A stretch of 47,708 nt of DNA from Candidatus Parcubacteria bacterium (GCA_021731495.1 JAKFXG010000010.1:1-47708); one strand, 5' to 3'; shown: positions 27,485-37,570, counted from the first letter of the stretch. Numbers and translations: made by a program. The notes: generated by a model not told the origin, from the sequence alone.

Positions 27485-28726
27485 ATGGCAAAAAAAACTA
27501 TTACAAAAAAGAAGAAGATCGTGAAAAAGATCGCCAAGAAGCGAGTAGCGAAACGTGTGCCGGCTAAAAAGAAAGCCGCGAAATCCGGTCATAGAAAATC
27601 GACCAGCGCGAAAAAGCAAATTATACGCACCGCCGTGCGCGGAGCAAAGGCGAAAGCAAATTCGTTAAAAGCAATCTCCGCTGAACAGCTCATCGAGAAG
27701 GGTAAGGAACGCGGCTACGTTACCTACAGCGAGATCCTGAAGTCGTTCCCGCACGTTGAGGAAGACGTTAATTTCCTCGAATCACTCTACGAGCGCTTCG
27801 CTATTGCGGGTGTCGATGTTCTTGAAGGCGGCATGCTTGAGGAAGCTGCCGATGAGTACCTCGCCACACGCAACATCAAGGACCGACATTCGACCGGGTA
27901 TGACTCCATCCAGATATATCTCCGTGAGATCGGCCAGTACCCGCTTCTGACCGCCGCCGAGGAGCGTGAGCTGGCAAAACGCATTGAGAAGAGTGACGCA
28001 GAGGCGCGCAATATCCTCGCGCGCAGCAACCTGCGTCTCGTGGTTTCCATTGCCAAGAAGTATGTCGGTCGCAGCCCCGACCTTACGTTACTCGACCTCA
28101 TTCAGGAAGGAAATCTCGGTCTCTTCCGCGCCGTGGACAAGTTTGATTGGAAGAAGGGCTACAAGTTCTCAACCTACGCGACGTGGTGGATCCGCCAAGC
28201 GATTACGCGTGCGCTTGCCGATCAGTCGCGCACCATCCGCATTCCCGTGCACATGGTGGAAACCATCGCCAAATACAAACAGGTCTCACGTCGCCTTTCG
28301 CAGGTGCTCGGACGCGACCCGCAGGCAGAAGAGATCGCCGTGGAGATGGGTGTGGAGCCGGAAAAGATCTACCAGATAGAGAAGATCAATCAGGATACGC
28401 TTTCTTTGGAGAACCCCATCGGTTCGGATGACGATGAGAAGTCGACGCTCGGCGACTTTATTCCCGACGACAAGATTCCGTCACCGGTGCAGGAGTCTTC
28501 GGAACGCATCCTGCAAGAACAGGTACGCACTATTCTCAGCGATCTTTCGCCGAAAGAGCGTAAGATTTTGGAGATGCGTCATGGCCTCATGGATGGCATT
28601 TATCACACGCTTGAAGAAGTAGGGAGGGAGTTCGGTGTGACTCGCGAGCGCATCCGCCAGATCGAAGCAAAGGCGCTCGAAAAGATTCGCACCCACGATA
28701 AAGCACGACATTTGAAGTCATATTAA
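27485..28726 (+). CDS. rpoD: primary sigma-70 factor with a Lys-rich N-terminus
   Basis: Region 2 is [27 protein letters not shown] and region 4.2 is [20 protein letters not shown]. The dnaG-rpoD linkage is conserved. Confidence 0.95.
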   Translation: MAKKTITKKKKIVKKIAKKRVAKRVPAKKKAAKSGHRKSTSAKKQIIRTAVRGAKAKANSLKAISAEQLIEKGKERGYVTYSEILKSFPHVEEDVNFLESLYERFAIAGVDVLEGGMLEEAADEYLATRNIKDRHSTGYDSIQIYLREIGQYPLLTAAEERELAKRIEKSDAEARNILARSNLRLVVSIAKKYVGRSPDLTLLDLIQEGNLGLFRAVDKFDWKKGYKFSTYATWWIRQAITRALADQSRTIRIPVHMVETIAKYKQVSRRLSQVLGRDPQAEEIAVEMGVEPEKIYQIEKINQDTLSLENPIGSDDDEKSTLGDFIPDDKIPSPVQESSERILQEQVRTILSDLSPKERKILEMRHGLMDGIYHTLEEVGREFGVTRERIRQIEAKALEKIRTHDKARHLKSY

Positions 28727-28731
28727 AAAAT

Positions 28732-28760
28732 TCGAGCCGCCTGTAAGGGCGGCTCGTTTT
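28732..28760. terminator. bidirectional terminator
   Basis: CGAGCCGCC-tgtaag-GGCGGCTCG, with T-tracts on both strands. Confidence 0.7.
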
Positions 28761-29177
28761 TCAGGCGGCTGATGCCGTGTTGGTATCGGGTTTGCTGGGC
28801 CACAGCCATGCATTGCCCTCGAAGCCGAATGGGAAGATGTGGCACTCGATAGCCTTTACAGATAGCGTGTCGCGGATGGTACAAATGAGCGTCTTTGCGA
28901 GCCGAGACCGAGTGTTTCTGTCCTCCAGAGAGTGAACCTGAATGAGAACGCTTTCTTCATCCGGACGAAAGAGGCCTTCATCTTGTGAGAACCAACATCG
29001 GACTTCGCTGAGACACTTCACGCCCAGTTTTTTGTCGCAAACAACCGCTGCCACGACACGTGCGCGCAGCCACTCTACCTGCGCCAAGTGTATTGGTGGT
29101 AGAGATGAGATCTCGATTTCGATCTTTCTTTCTATGGACACGATTTCCCCCGTGTGTTGATGGGTAGACCAGGACAA
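28761..29177 (-). CDS. hypothetical protein (start uncertain)
   Basis: 138-aa ORF ending at the bidirectional terminator. The listed start is TTG. An in-frame GTG at ~29141 has GGGGGAA upstream. Confidence 0.4.
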   Translation of the reverse strand: MSWSTHQHTGEIVSIERKIEIEISSLPPIHLAQVEWLRARVVAAVVCDKKLGVKCLSEVRCWFSQDEGLFRPDEESVLIQVHSLEDRNTRSRLAKTLICTIRDTLSVKAIECHIFPFGFEGNAWLWPSKPDTNTASAA

Positions 29178-29301
29178 TCCTGGGCGGCAGGGAATTCTGC
29201 CAAGAGCATACTCTTCCTCTATTTATCCACACTTTGTCCAAGTGGTCAATGTTTCGTCAGTGAAGAATGCAGAGAGTACATGTGCGAGGTACACTTTGAA
29301 T

Positions 29302-32214
29302 ATGGTGACGACTCCGGCATTTGAAGATGCATACAAAAAGCTCAATGCGAAGCAGAAGAAGGCGGTAGATACTGTGTATGGCCCCGTGCTAGTCATAGCC
29401 GGCCCGGGGACCGGGAAAACGCAGATACTCGCGCTTCGCATCGGGAACATCCTCCTCAAAGCCGCCGGGGCCAAGCCTGACGAAATACTCGCGCTTACCT
29501 ATACCGAAAGCGCGGTGACAACACTGCGAACACGGCTCGCTTCTTTCATCGGCAGCGCAGCATACCGCGTCCGCATTCACACCTTCCATGGTTTTGCGCG
29601 CTCGGTACTCGAATTGCGCCCCGACCTTTTCCCGCGCATTGCACTCGGCACCCAGCTTGGCGAGGTGCGCGGCATCGCACTTATGGAAGAACTGCTTGAC
29701 CAAGGTTCATACTCAAAGATACGAAGTCCGAAAAATCCGCATCGCGCGGCCCGCGATCTCCTGAGCTTTATGGGGAAGCTGAAGCAGGAATATTACACGC
29801 CGAAGCGGTATCGTGCCGAGCTTGAGGAGGAGCACAAGCTTCTTCTTGCCGATCCTGAACGCGTCCACGCAAGCGGGAGATATGAGGGTAAAGAGAAGGG
29901 TGAGTTTTTGACGCGCCGCGAGCGCATTGAAAAGCATCTTGAAGTAGCGCACCTTTTTGGTGCATATCAAGAAGCATTGGAAAAGAAGTCGCTCTATGAT
30001 TACGAGGATCTCATCAGCGAGGCGATACGCGGTCTTGAGTCGGATGAGGGATTCCGCGCACAGGTAGGGGAACGCTCGCAGTTCGTGCTGGCGGACGAGC
30101 ACCAGGATGCAAATCCGGCACAGAATAAACTTTTGGAACTCGTGACCGATTTTGACGGCGCGCCCAATCTCTTCATCGTCGGCGACGAGAAGCAGGCGAT
30201 CTACCGTTTCCAGGGGGCCTCACTCACTTCGTTTTTTTATTTCAAAGAAAAGTATCCTGAGGCGAAAGTTATTTCATTGAGTGAGAATTATCGTTCGACC
30301 GCAAATATTTTGGCGGCGGCACACGATCTCATCGCCCCTTCGCCCATTCCCGACCCTTTGCTTCGTCCGCAGCTCGAGGCCGTTCGAGGAAAGGGTGGAA
30401 CGATAGAGATAGCAGAATGCGATACGCCGAGAGAGGAGCGAGAGGTTATCCGCACGTACATCGAGAAACTGCACACATCGGGAGTGCCGTATGAGGACAT
30501 CGCCATCCTTACGAAAAAGAACGCAGACGTGCTTACTCTTGCCGATTCACTGCGCAGTGCGGGCATCCCCGAGGACCATGTGAGTGCGGAATCCAGCGCG
30601 CTCGCGCATCCGGCAGTGCAGCTATTTCTGGCACTCGTGCGCGCTACTGCCGATCTCTCTCAGGATGCTCCGCTCGCCCGCGCGCTCTTTATGCCGGGCA
30701 TACCAGGGACTCTCGCAGAGCGTATGCGACTGCTTGCGACAGCGCGCGAAGGGAAACCGCTCATCAAGCTTCTTGAAGAAAAGGGGTCGGGTGAAATGTG
30801 TGCATGGGTACGAATGCTGGAGAAACTCGCCAGAGAAATGCCGGCGACACCGCTTCTCTCATGGCTCGCTCGTCTTGCAAGCGAGAGCGGATTTGTCGCC
30901 GGCATCCTCACGCTTGGGGAGAGTGAGGACGCGTATGAGGCGTATCAGGGTTGCATGGATGAGGCGGCGCTCCTTGCAAACGAGGATCCAAGTGCAACGG
31001 CCACTGATTTCTTGCAGCGGCTTGCGCTCATTGAGAAGCATGAACTGAAAGTGAGGCGCGCACGCACAAAGCATGCGGGCGTGCGCGTCATGACCGTGCA
31101 TGGTTCGAAGGGGCTCGAATTTCCGTATGTCGTCATCGCGCATGCCACCGACGAGCGATGGGTGCGCGGAAGAACCGATGAATTTTCGCTTCTTCTTAAG
31201 AAGGAAGACGACGAACATGATGTTCGACGGCTCCTCTACGTTGCAGTTACTCGGGCGAAGGACGGCGTGCTCATTACACGGTCGGAGGTGACAGACGAAG
31301 ATCGCTCCCAGACACCGCTTCGATTCCTTGCCGATATTTCAGCTCATTTAACAGCATCGAAGTCTGCGTCCGCCCCTCCTTCGGTCCCCGCATACGAAGT
31401 GCGCACGATACTTGATTCGAATTTTTTGAAAGAGCGTTTACTCGAACGCGGATTTTCGCCAACGGGTTTCAATAACTACGCCGCCTCTCCGTGGCAGTAT
31501 TATTTCCGTACACTGCTGCGGCTTCCGGACTCTCCGTCGCTCCCGATGCTTTTTGGTACGGCCATACACGCAGGACTGAAGGCCTATCACAATAAAATGA
31601 AAGCGGGGAAGTCTTCGATAGACGACGCCATACGCGCATTTGAGAGCGAGCTTACTCACCTGCCGCTCTCGCCGCTCGACCGAAAAGAACTGATGAAAAC
31701 CGGTAGGCCGGCGCTCCAAGCGTATCTTACGCAAGAGGGACAGACCATGAAGGATGCGCTTGAATCGGAATTCTCGATAACCGTATCGCTTACGGTGCCG
31801 GGTGTGGGCGAAGTGCCACTGACTGGAAAGCTCGATAGGTTGGATAAAAAAGACGGCAACATAGTCGAAGTCATCGACTACAAGACTGGCCCAGTGAAAA
31901 GCGAAAATGAGATAAAAGGCCTCACCAAATCAGGCAATGGCGATTACTACCGCCAGCTCGTGTTTTATAAACTCCTTCTTGATAAGGACGGGCGCTACGC
32001 CATGGATCAAGGCGCACTCCACTTCGTCGAGCCCGATGCAAAAGGGAAGAATATCATCCGCCGCTTTACCATTACGGATGCAGAAGTTGCGGCATTAGAA
32101 GAAGAGCTCGTCCTTGCGGCACAAGCGATTGCGGATGGTTCCGCCTTCGCGAAGCCCTGCGATCCGGAGAAGTGTGACTACTGCGACCTCGTCGAATTCC
32201 TTACGGCTCACTGA
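29302..32214 (+). CDS. UvrD/PcrA-family SF1 helicase with a C-terminal PD-(D/E)XK (RecB/Cas4-like) nuclease domain
   Basis: VIAGPGTGKTQIL (Walker A), VLADEHQDANPAQ, VMTVHGSKGLEFPYVVI and LLYVAVTRAKD. The C-terminus has GKLDRLD...VEVIDYKTG and a Cys cluster, CDPEKCDYC. Confidence 0.9.
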   Translation: MVTTPAFEDAYKKLNAKQKKAVDTVYGPVLVIAGPGTGKTQILALRIGNILLKAAGAKPDEILALTYTESAVTTLRTRLASFIGSAAYRVRIHTFHGFARSVLELRPDLFPRIALGTQLGEVRGIALMEELLDQGSYSKIRSPKNPHRAARDLLSFMGKLKQEYYTPKRYRAELEEEHKLLLADPERVHASGRYEGKEKGEFLTRRERIEKHLEVAHLFGAYQEALEKKSLYDYEDLISEAIRGLESDEGFRAQVGERSQFVLADEHQDANPAQNKLLELVTDFDGAPNLFIVGDEKQAIYRFQGASLTSFFYFKEKYPEAKVISLSENYRSTANILAAAHDLIAPSPIPDPLLRPQLEAVRGKGGTIEIAECDTPREEREVIRTYIEKLHTSGVPYEDIAILTKKNADVLTLADSLRSAGIPEDHVSAESSALAHPAVQLFLALVRATADLSQDAPLARALFMPGIPGTLAERMRLLATAREGKPLIKLLEEKGSGEMCAWVRMLEKLAREMPATPLLSWLARLASESGFVAGILTLGESEDAYEAYQGCMDEAALLANEDPSATATDFLQRLALIEKHELKVRRARTKHAGVRVMTVHGSKGLEFPYVVIAHATDERWVRGRTDEFSLLLKKEDDEHDVRRLLYVAVTRAKDGVLITRSEVTDEDRSQTPLRFLADISAHLTASKSASAPPSVPAYEVRTILDSNFLKERLLERGFSPTGFNNYAASPWQYYFRTLLRLPDSPSLPMLFGTAIHAGLKAYHNKMKAGKSSIDDAIRAFESELTHLPLSPLDRKELMKTGRPALQAYLTQEGQTMKDALESEFSITVSLTVPGVGEVPLTGKLDRLDKKDGNIVEVIDYKTGPVKSENEIKGLTKSGNGDYYRQLVFYKLLLDKDGRYAMDQGALHFVEPDAKGKNIIRRFTITDAEVAALEEELVLAAQAIADGSAFAKPCDPEKCDYCDLVEFLTAH

Positions 32215-32879
32215 AGTGCCTGATCGACAAGTTGTTTTACTGCTTCGTATGAGTACGCGCCATTCATGACGACGGGCGGTTTGCCGGTGACGAGGATAAG
32301 GGAGTACGGTGTACCGATCGCACCGACATCGAGCGCGTTCTGTCGGTCCGCACTGATGTGCGCACTGAGTGTCGTCGATGCGCTGGCATAGCAGGAGGCA
32401 AAAACATCGGTCCCCAATATCCCCGTCGAGCGCGCAAATTCTCCATAATGTGCGGGATTTGCCGGCTGGCTTGCGAAAAGAGTGTCCGCAAATTTCCAGA
32501 ATGCATCATTGCCTCCTACCTGAGCGATGCACTCGGCAGCTTTCGCATGAGAGAGTGCGTTCGGGTGAATTTCGGAAAGCGGGAATTGGCGGAACACCCA
32601 AGCGACGTCGCCGTCCGCGCCCTCGCTCGCAATGACCTGATGAAGTGTCTCATGAAAATCTTTGCAAAATTCGCAGTCAAAATCGGAATATTCGACGATC
32701 ATCACCTTTGCCGCAGGATTCCCCAGGATATGATCGTTTACACCGACGGGTCGCACGAGAGCCGGGTTGCCCGCATTGGAATCAACGGAAGGTTTTTTCG
32801 GCATCGAGACGTATATCGCGGTGGCGATGACAATGCCGCCAAAAATTATTGCGAGCGGAATGGTGAGTGAAGATCTCAT
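32208..32879 (-). CDS. DsbA-like thiol:disulfide oxidoreductase, membrane-anchored
   Basis: N-terminal TM helix, the CEFC active site in DFDCEFCKDFHE, and the thioredoxin-fold tail GTPYSLIL. Confidence 0.8.
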   Translation of the reverse strand: MRSSLTIPLAIIFGGIVIATAIYVSMPKKPSVDSNAGNPALVRPVGVNDHILGNPAAKVMIVEYSDFDCEFCKDFHETLHQVIASEGADGDVAWVFRQFPLSEIHPNALSHAKAAECIAQVGGNDAFWKFADTLFASQPANPAHYGEFARSTGILGTDVFASCYASASTTLSAHISADRQNALDVGAIGTPYSLILVTGKPPVVMNGAYSYEAVKQLVDQALQ

Positions 32880-33457
32880 AGAGGAAATGCGTGGGTCATT
32901 GCGGGGGCGACAACGGTTCTTTTGCCCCAGTGCGAGGTGTCGATTTTGATATCGCGGATGTCGCGCAGGTCTTTGTATTTAAGTTTGCCATGTTTGAGTG
33001 CATAGTCGTACAGCTCTCGCGTAATTCGAACGTCTTCAATGCAGTATTCGCGGACTTTATCTTTCTTTCCTTCTTTCCACCACTGTCCGGCCTTGAGTCC
33101 GTCACCGGATTTGCCTCTGCCGAGCGTCGCTTCAGCGAGTGATTGGAGTCGGACGCGCCGGCCGAGAACTTTCTGCACCTCGCTCAAGAGATCAAGCGAA
33201 AGTACGTGAGAAAGATCGCCCGGATAGTAGCGATTGAGGAGTGGAATATCAAATGCATCAGAATTAAAACCAATGAGCATGTCGGCGCTTTCTATGAGCG
33301 GCCAGAGCTGCGGCAATTCTTCTTTCGAGTACGACGTGTACTCGTTCGTTTCTGAATCATGAACAGCCACGACGACGAGCTCCTGCTCGTTTACGTCGAT
33401 ATGGCCGCGAACCATAGAATCAGAAATTGATTCGATATCAAAAGTGAGGACGCGCAT
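32876..33457 (-). CDS. RNase H-like DEDD 3'-5' exonuclease
   Basis: MRVLTFDIESI (ExoI motif), GFNSDAFDIPLL and YCIEDVRITRELY. There is a 4-nt overlap with the downstream gene. Confidence 0.65.
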   Translation of the reverse strand: MRVLTFDIESISDSMVRGHIDVNEQELVVVAVHDSETNEYTSYSKEELPQLWPLIESADMLIGFNSDAFDIPLLNRYYPGDLSHVLSLDLLSEVQKVLGRRVRLQSLAEATLGRGKSGDGLKAGQWWKEGKKDKVREYCIEDVRITRELYDYALKHGKLKYKDLRDIRDIKIDTSHWGKRTVVAPAMTHAFPL

Positions 33458-33460
33458 ACG

Positions 33461-34729
33461 TTAATTGCTCGAACGAAGTCGAGCCGGAAGTTCTGACACG
33501 AGGAGCGAAGCCTCTTCGCCAGTGGCAAGTGTCTTCAGGCGCACGGTTCGATTCTTTAACTCGTCCCCACCATACGCGACGAAGAAGGGAATCCCGCGCT
33601 TCACGGCATCTTTTATCTGGTCGCCGAGTCCGCGGTCGGTGAGGTTGACGAAGACACGGTTCCCTTCTTTGCGAAGGATATCGGCAAAAGCTTGGGCGGC
33701 AGGAATATCTTCAATCGAAGGGGTGCCGAGATAGAGTTGCGGCAAACTCTCTCCCGCGCTTGGTATGAGCCCATGAGTCTCGAGAAAGTCAGCAAGCGTG
33801 ACGTCGCCGAGCGCGAAGCCAATCGCGGGAATTGGGTCGCCGCCAAAAAGCGCGAGGAGCTGATCGTAGCGCCCGCCGCCGAACAGTGCGCGTGGATTTG
33901 CGAGATTAGTATCAAAAACTTCAAAGACCATGCCGGTGTAGTAATCAAAGCCGCGGGTGATGCTTGTGTCGAAAATGATATTGCCCACGCCAAGTTTCTT
34001 GAGCGTTTCGATGCGCGCAAGAAGGCGCTGTTTTTCAACTTCGACTTCGGGTGTTGCACTCGCGTCCTCAATGAGTGCAAGCGGGTCTTTCGCTGAGATA
34101 GTACTCGATGCGGTAGCGAAAGCTTCGGGCGTCATCTTCGATTTCTTATCGAGAAGGCGCAGATATTGTCGGATGCTTTCGTCCTCGAGTCCGGCCACAC
34201 GACATGCCGCATTGAGAAGTGTGCGGGAGTTCACGCGAATGACAAAATCTTTTTCAGCAGCTCCGAATGCTTTCAGTATGGAGGAGGCGAGCCGCACGAT
34301 CTCGATATCGGCCTCGCCTTCGGCGAGGCCGATGAGATCGATGTCCGCCTGATAGAACTCGCGCAAACGACCCTTCTGCGGACGCTCGTAACGAAAACGA
34401 TTGCCGATAGAGAACCAGCGAAGCGGGAAGGGCATCTCACGGCGCTTTGCTGCGACCATGCGCGCGAGGCTCGGGGTCATTTCGGGCCGCAGCGTCACGC
34501 GCCGCTCACCGCGGTCGGTAAAGGTATACGTCTGCTCGTTGACGATTTCTTCGGAGGTCTTCGCTTCATAGAGCTCGGCGCGCTCAAGCGGGGAGGCGTT
34601 GTATTCTTCGTAGCCCCAGAGCGTGAGCGTCTCGCGAATGCGTGCAAAGATTGCCATTTGCCGTGCCCAGTCGGCAGGGTAGAAATCGCGGACGCCCTTG
34701 TAGGGGTCGGTAGAAAGCGGCTCGGACAT
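33461..34729 (-). CDS. hisS: histidyl-tRNA synthetase
   Basis: RPEMTPSLARM, FRYERPQKGRLREFYQ (motif 2), GGGRYDQL (motif 3) and an anticodon-binding C-terminus. Confidence 0.95.
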   Translation of the reverse strand: MSEPLSTDPYKGVRDFYPADWARQMAIFARIRETLTLWGYEEYNASPLERAELYEAKTSEEIVNEQTYTFTDRGERRVTLRPEMTPSLARMVAAKRREMPFPLRWFSIGNRFRYERPQKGRLREFYQADIDLIGLAEGEADIEIVRLASSILKAFGAAEKDFVIRVNSRTLLNAACRVAGLEDESIRQYLRLLDKKSKMTPEAFATASSTISAKDPLALIEDASATPEVEVEKQRLLARIETLKKLGVGNIIFDTSITRGFDYYTGMVFEVFDTNLANPRALFGGGRYDQLLALFGGDPIPAIGFALGDVTLADFLETHGLIPSAGESLPQLYLGTPSIEDIPAAQAFADILRKEGNRVFVNLTDRGLGDQIKDAVKRGIPFFVAYGGDELKNRTVRLKTLATGEEASLLVSELPARLRSSN

Positions 34730-34735
34730 ACCGCG

Positions 34736-34744
34736 ATTTTATCA
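34736..34744 (-). promoter_or_regulatory. extended -10 (TGaTAAAAT) 6 nt upstream of the hisS ATG
   Basis: The minus strand reads TGATAAAAT-cgcggt-ATG. Confidence 0.5.
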
Positions 34745-34770
34745 CGATTCACACCCTGTGCGCATCTCGA

Positions 34771-34799
34771 TTGACAATTAATTTACAAAGAATGATAGT
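34771..34799 (+). promoter_or_regulatory. promoter TTGACA-N17-GATAGT, divergent from hisS
   Basis: Perfect -35 at 34771..34776. The -10 is at 34794..34799. Confidence 0.5.
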
Positions 34800-34805
34800 A
34801 GAAAA

Positions 34806-35019
34806 GGACGTGCCTAAGATTCGAATGAAAACCTGAGCTGAAAGGAGGACGTTGTGACTCACACAACCCGAGCGGAGAGAATCCATCAGCTTCAGGAAAG
34901 GGGGTGATTCGTATCTCCTCGCCAGCCATAATGGCGAGGTATAAATTCTGGCGATTTCTGGCGACAGTATCGTCTTGCGGTGAACTCAGAGGCTCTACGG
35001 AGCCTCTCTTTTTATTTTT
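34806..35019 (+). ncRNA. candidate ~210-nt small RNA of unknown class
   Basis: It is bounded by a consensus -35 promoter and a plus-oriented intrinsic terminator. There is no ORF of 60 aa or more on this strand. Nested helices are present: CCTGAGCTGA/TCAGCtTCAGG enclosing GTTGTG/CACAAC, and CTCGCCA/TGGCGAG. Confidence 0.45.
34988..35019 (+). terminator. intrinsic terminator (plus orientation)
   Basis: AGAGGCTC-tacg-GAGCCTCT followed by CTTTTTATTTTT. On the minus strand no T-tract follows the stem. Confidence 0.7.
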
Positions 35020-35022
35020 GGC

Positions 35023-35571
35023 TTAGATGCCAACCGTAGCATCTGCCGCATCGGGAACATACTTGAGTATCAAGTCGCGCATTCGTTCGGGCCGCGGGAT
35101 CCCATGCATGATGAACTCAATATCCTCGCCGGCGCTTTGCACCTTGATGTCGCCGATGCCAAGCAACGAGGAAATGACGCCGTTCACCGAAGTCGTCACG
35201 TCCTGGACGCGCGGCAGAAGCAGGCTCGACACTTCACGATTGAAGAAGCGGTACTGTTTGATGGTGACTATACGCTGGCTCGTAAGTATCCAGACGTTTA
35301 GGAAGTAGCGAGTGAATGTGCCCCACGCGCTCGTCCACGCGATAAGCAGCCAGAGGCCGAGCGCCGCACGCGCGACAGGTGTGTCGTAATCAAGGAACGC
35401 TGCATAGGGTGCCATTGGCGGCGCAAGCATGAGGAGTTTTGGAAGCACGAAAGGAACGATCACGAGGACGGCGTACGGGAGCAGTTCGCCAAGGAAGAGA
35501 AACCAATGCTTTCGCACCTGGAGCACGACATGTTCACCCGGCTCAAGTTCGAATTCCTTCATATCATACAA
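35023..35571 (-). CDS. membrane protein with a bacterial PH (bPH_2/YdbS-like) domain
   Basis: FELEPGEHVVLQVRKHWF is followed by two TM helices and then the PH-like segment (VWILTSQRIVTIKQ...IKVQSAG). Confidence 0.65.
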   Translation of the reverse strand: MYDMKEFELEPGEHVVLQVRKHWFLFLGELLPYAVLVIVPFVLPKLLMLAPPMAPYAAFLDYDTPVARAALGLWLLIAWTSAWGTFTRYFLNVWILTSQRIVTIKQYRFFNREVSSLLLPRVQDVTTSVNGVISSLLGIGDIKVQSAGEDIEFIMHGIPRPERMRDLILKYVPDAADATVGI

Positions 35572-35845
35572 GGGATCTCATGAGGGAGAACGCATCGCCG
35601 GAGAGTGCGAAAGACATCAATGCGAACGACACAAACAAATGTGCCGCAATAGCGGGAGCGGCGACCAGCGAGGCGTGAGAGTATTTAAGCCAGTGATAAA
35701 TGGCGACGAGCGTATAGATCGCCCAAAAGGCAAAGACAGCGTAGATTGTCCAGGTTATGAAAGATTCCGATGATATTCCCGAGATATGCAGTTGTTCGAA
35801 CAACGCAGTTGGCGGTGCAAATGGTTGGAGCGGCTGACCTGGCAT
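35564..35845 (-). CDS. small membrane protein
   Basis: 93 aa with two hydrophobic helices. A perfect TATAAT lies 7 nt upstream of its ATG. It overlaps the next gene by 8 nt. Confidence 0.55.
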   Translation of the reverse strand: MPGQPLQPFAPPTALFEQLHISGISSESFITWTIYAVFAFWAIYTLVAIYHWLKYSHASLVAAPAIAAHLFVSFALMSFALSGDAFSLMRSLV

Positions 35846-35852
35846 TAAGGGA

Positions 35853-35858
35853 ATTATA
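35853..35858 (-). promoter_or_regulatory. -10 TATAAT 7 nt upstream of ATG 35845
   Basis: The minus strand reads TATAAT-tccctta-ATG. Confidence 0.45.
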
Positions 35859-35941
35859 ACCCGTTGGATAGACCTCGCCTGAGTAGGTACAGGATAAGTG
35901 TGCGTTGCCTGCCCTTAGTCGCTGTGAGCCTTTGCGATGAT

Positions 35942-36799
35942 TTATCCAATGGGTTGAACCTCGATGACACGCGGCTTTCCGTATTGGTCGGTGCATATCT
36001 CGGCCGACAAGTTTTGTGCGGTGAAGAGGTCGCGTGCCGCTTCGATATGGCTTGAATCGCATTCAATCCAAGCAGTACCGTTTGGAGCCAGCCGCTTCGG
36101 AAGCTCTCTCGCGATGCGACGGATGAAATCAAGCCCGTCTTTTCCGGCAAAGAGGGCAAGGGACGGTTCGTAGCCGCTTACGCTTGCCGGAAGCGGGCGA
36201 TCAGCGGGAATGTAAGGCGGGTTTGCGGCGATGATGTCGAACTGCATGTCGCCGAACGGTTCAAAGAGGTCGCCGATGCGCACATGAGCTCTTGATTCGT
36301 CCAAACTATTCTCGCGGATATTTTTCAGAATAGTTGCTTCGTGGGCAGGATCCACGTCGCCAAAATGGACTTCTGCGTTCGACGCATCGTCGTGCTGTCG
36401 AGTACGGAATCTCGCGAGCGCCGCGCAACCGATAGCGCCGGAGCCGGCGCAGAGATCGAGGAAGGTAGTCGGGCGCGCAGGCATACCCGCTTTCGGAACC
36501 GCATATTTTTCTGCTGAAAAATTGCTCTGACTCGTTCCGTCGAACTCCGTACGTTCCTCAATCGAGTATGCCTGCGCTCCCCGCACATTGTGGAGAAGTC
36601 GCTCCGTCCACCACTCCGTCTCGGGGCGGGGGATGAGGGGCTTTGAGTCGAGGAAGATTTTCAGTCCAAGAAACGGTTGCCACCCGATGACGTATCCGAG
36701 CGGCTCGCCCTTGGCGAGCCGCTTTTTATCCGCCTCGTATTCCGGGGTCTCTTTGCCGCCATATTTCTCCTCCAAAAGCCACTGCTCGTCACGGGTCAT
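35942..36799 (-). CDS. prmC: release-factor glutamine N5-methyltransferase
   Basis: The GYVIGWQPFLGL block, the SAM motif LDLCAGSGAIG and the IIAANPPYIP (NPPY) motif. An insertion is visible before the SAM motif. Confidence 0.8.
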   Translation of the reverse strand: MTRDEQWLLEEKYGGKETPEYEADKKRLAKGEPLGYVIGWQPFLGLKIFLDSKPLIPRPETEWWTERLLHNVRGAQAYSIEERTEFDGTSQSNFSAEKYAVPKAGMPARPTTFLDLCAGSGAIGCAALARFRTRQHDDASNAEVHFGDVDPAHEATILKNIRENSLDESRAHVRIGDLFEPFGDMQFDIIAANPPYIPADRPLPASVSGYEPSLALFAGKDGLDFIRRIARELPKRLAPNGTAWIECDSSHIEAARDLFTAQNLSAEICTDQYGKPRVIEVQPIG

Positions 36800-36846
36800 A
36801 GGGGAACGCTACCACTATGAGCGAGCAAATGGTAATCCGCACCGCA

Positions 36847-36855
36847 TGATAGAAT
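36847..36855 (+). promoter_or_regulatory. extended -10 (TGaTAGAAT) 6 nt upstream of ATG 36862
   Basis: TGATAGAAT-tggtgc-ATG. Confidence 0.5.
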
Positions 36856-36861
36856 TGGTGC

Positions 36862-37302
36862 ATGAAATTTCATTTCTGGTATACGATGCTCTCGCTATTT
36901 TTTATTGCACTCGCGTCCGCCGCCTATCTTTGGCTCGCGGCGAACGATCAGCTCGCCGCCCCAGTGCCGCTTGCCGACTTCTTCCTCATAGCGCTTGCCG
37001 TCGCGCGTCTTGTGCGTCTTTTCACCTATGACGTTATCACCGAGTTCGTTCGTCATTGGTTCGTAGGAGCGGACCCGGAGTCGTTTCGCGGTACGCTTGG
37101 CGCGCTCATACACTGCCCGTGGTGTACCGGGCTCTGGTTTGCGCTTGTCGTTGCCTTCTTCTACTTCGCAACGCCCGTTGCGTGGTACGTCATCTTTGTC
37201 CTCGCACTTTCCCTCGTAGCGACATTCTTGCAGCTGCTCGCGAATTTTATCGGTTGGAGCGTTGAGGTTAAGAAGCACGAGGCGCAATTTCCACCGCGGT
37301 AG
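36862..37302 (+). CDS. DUF1360-like membrane protein
   Basis: TM helices and the HCPWCTGLWFALVVAFFY motif typical of DUF1360. Confidence 0.65.
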   Translation: MKFHFWYTMLSLFFIALASAAYLWLAANDQLAAPVPLADFFLIALAVARLVRLFTYDVITEFVRHWFVGADPESFRGTLGALIHCPWCTGLWFALVVAFFYFATPVAWYVIFVLALSLVATFLQLLANFIGWSVEVKKHEAQFPPR

Positions 37303-37542
37303 TGGTATACGCCAGATTTCAGGTTCCACACCGCTTATACAGACATATACACAGCTTTTACACTGTTTTTTCCGCAGATTTTCCTTGACATTTTCTGCAC
37401 ATCGACAAAACTTAGAGATAGTTCATCTTTATTCGGGAAGAACCTTAACACTTTTATCGGTCCGTTACATGCGAACACCGTTCGCTACCTAGGACCACTT
37501 GTAAAATCGAGGCTCATTCCCAATAAGAGGATGAACGGGCGG

Positions 37543-37570
37543 GGAAAGTCCCACACTAGTGGGACTTTCC
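37543..37570. repeat. perfect 12-bp hairpin GGAAAGTCCCAC-acta-GTGGGACTTTCC
   Basis: Read directly from the sequence. It lies within a 312-nt gene-free stretch. Confidence 0.6.

Noticed and set aside
34730-35022. T-box or other cis-leader for hisS
   Set aside because: hisS appears leaderless, with its -10 box 6 nt upstream of the ATG. In addition, the structured region, its promoter and its terminator are all oriented on the opposite strand.
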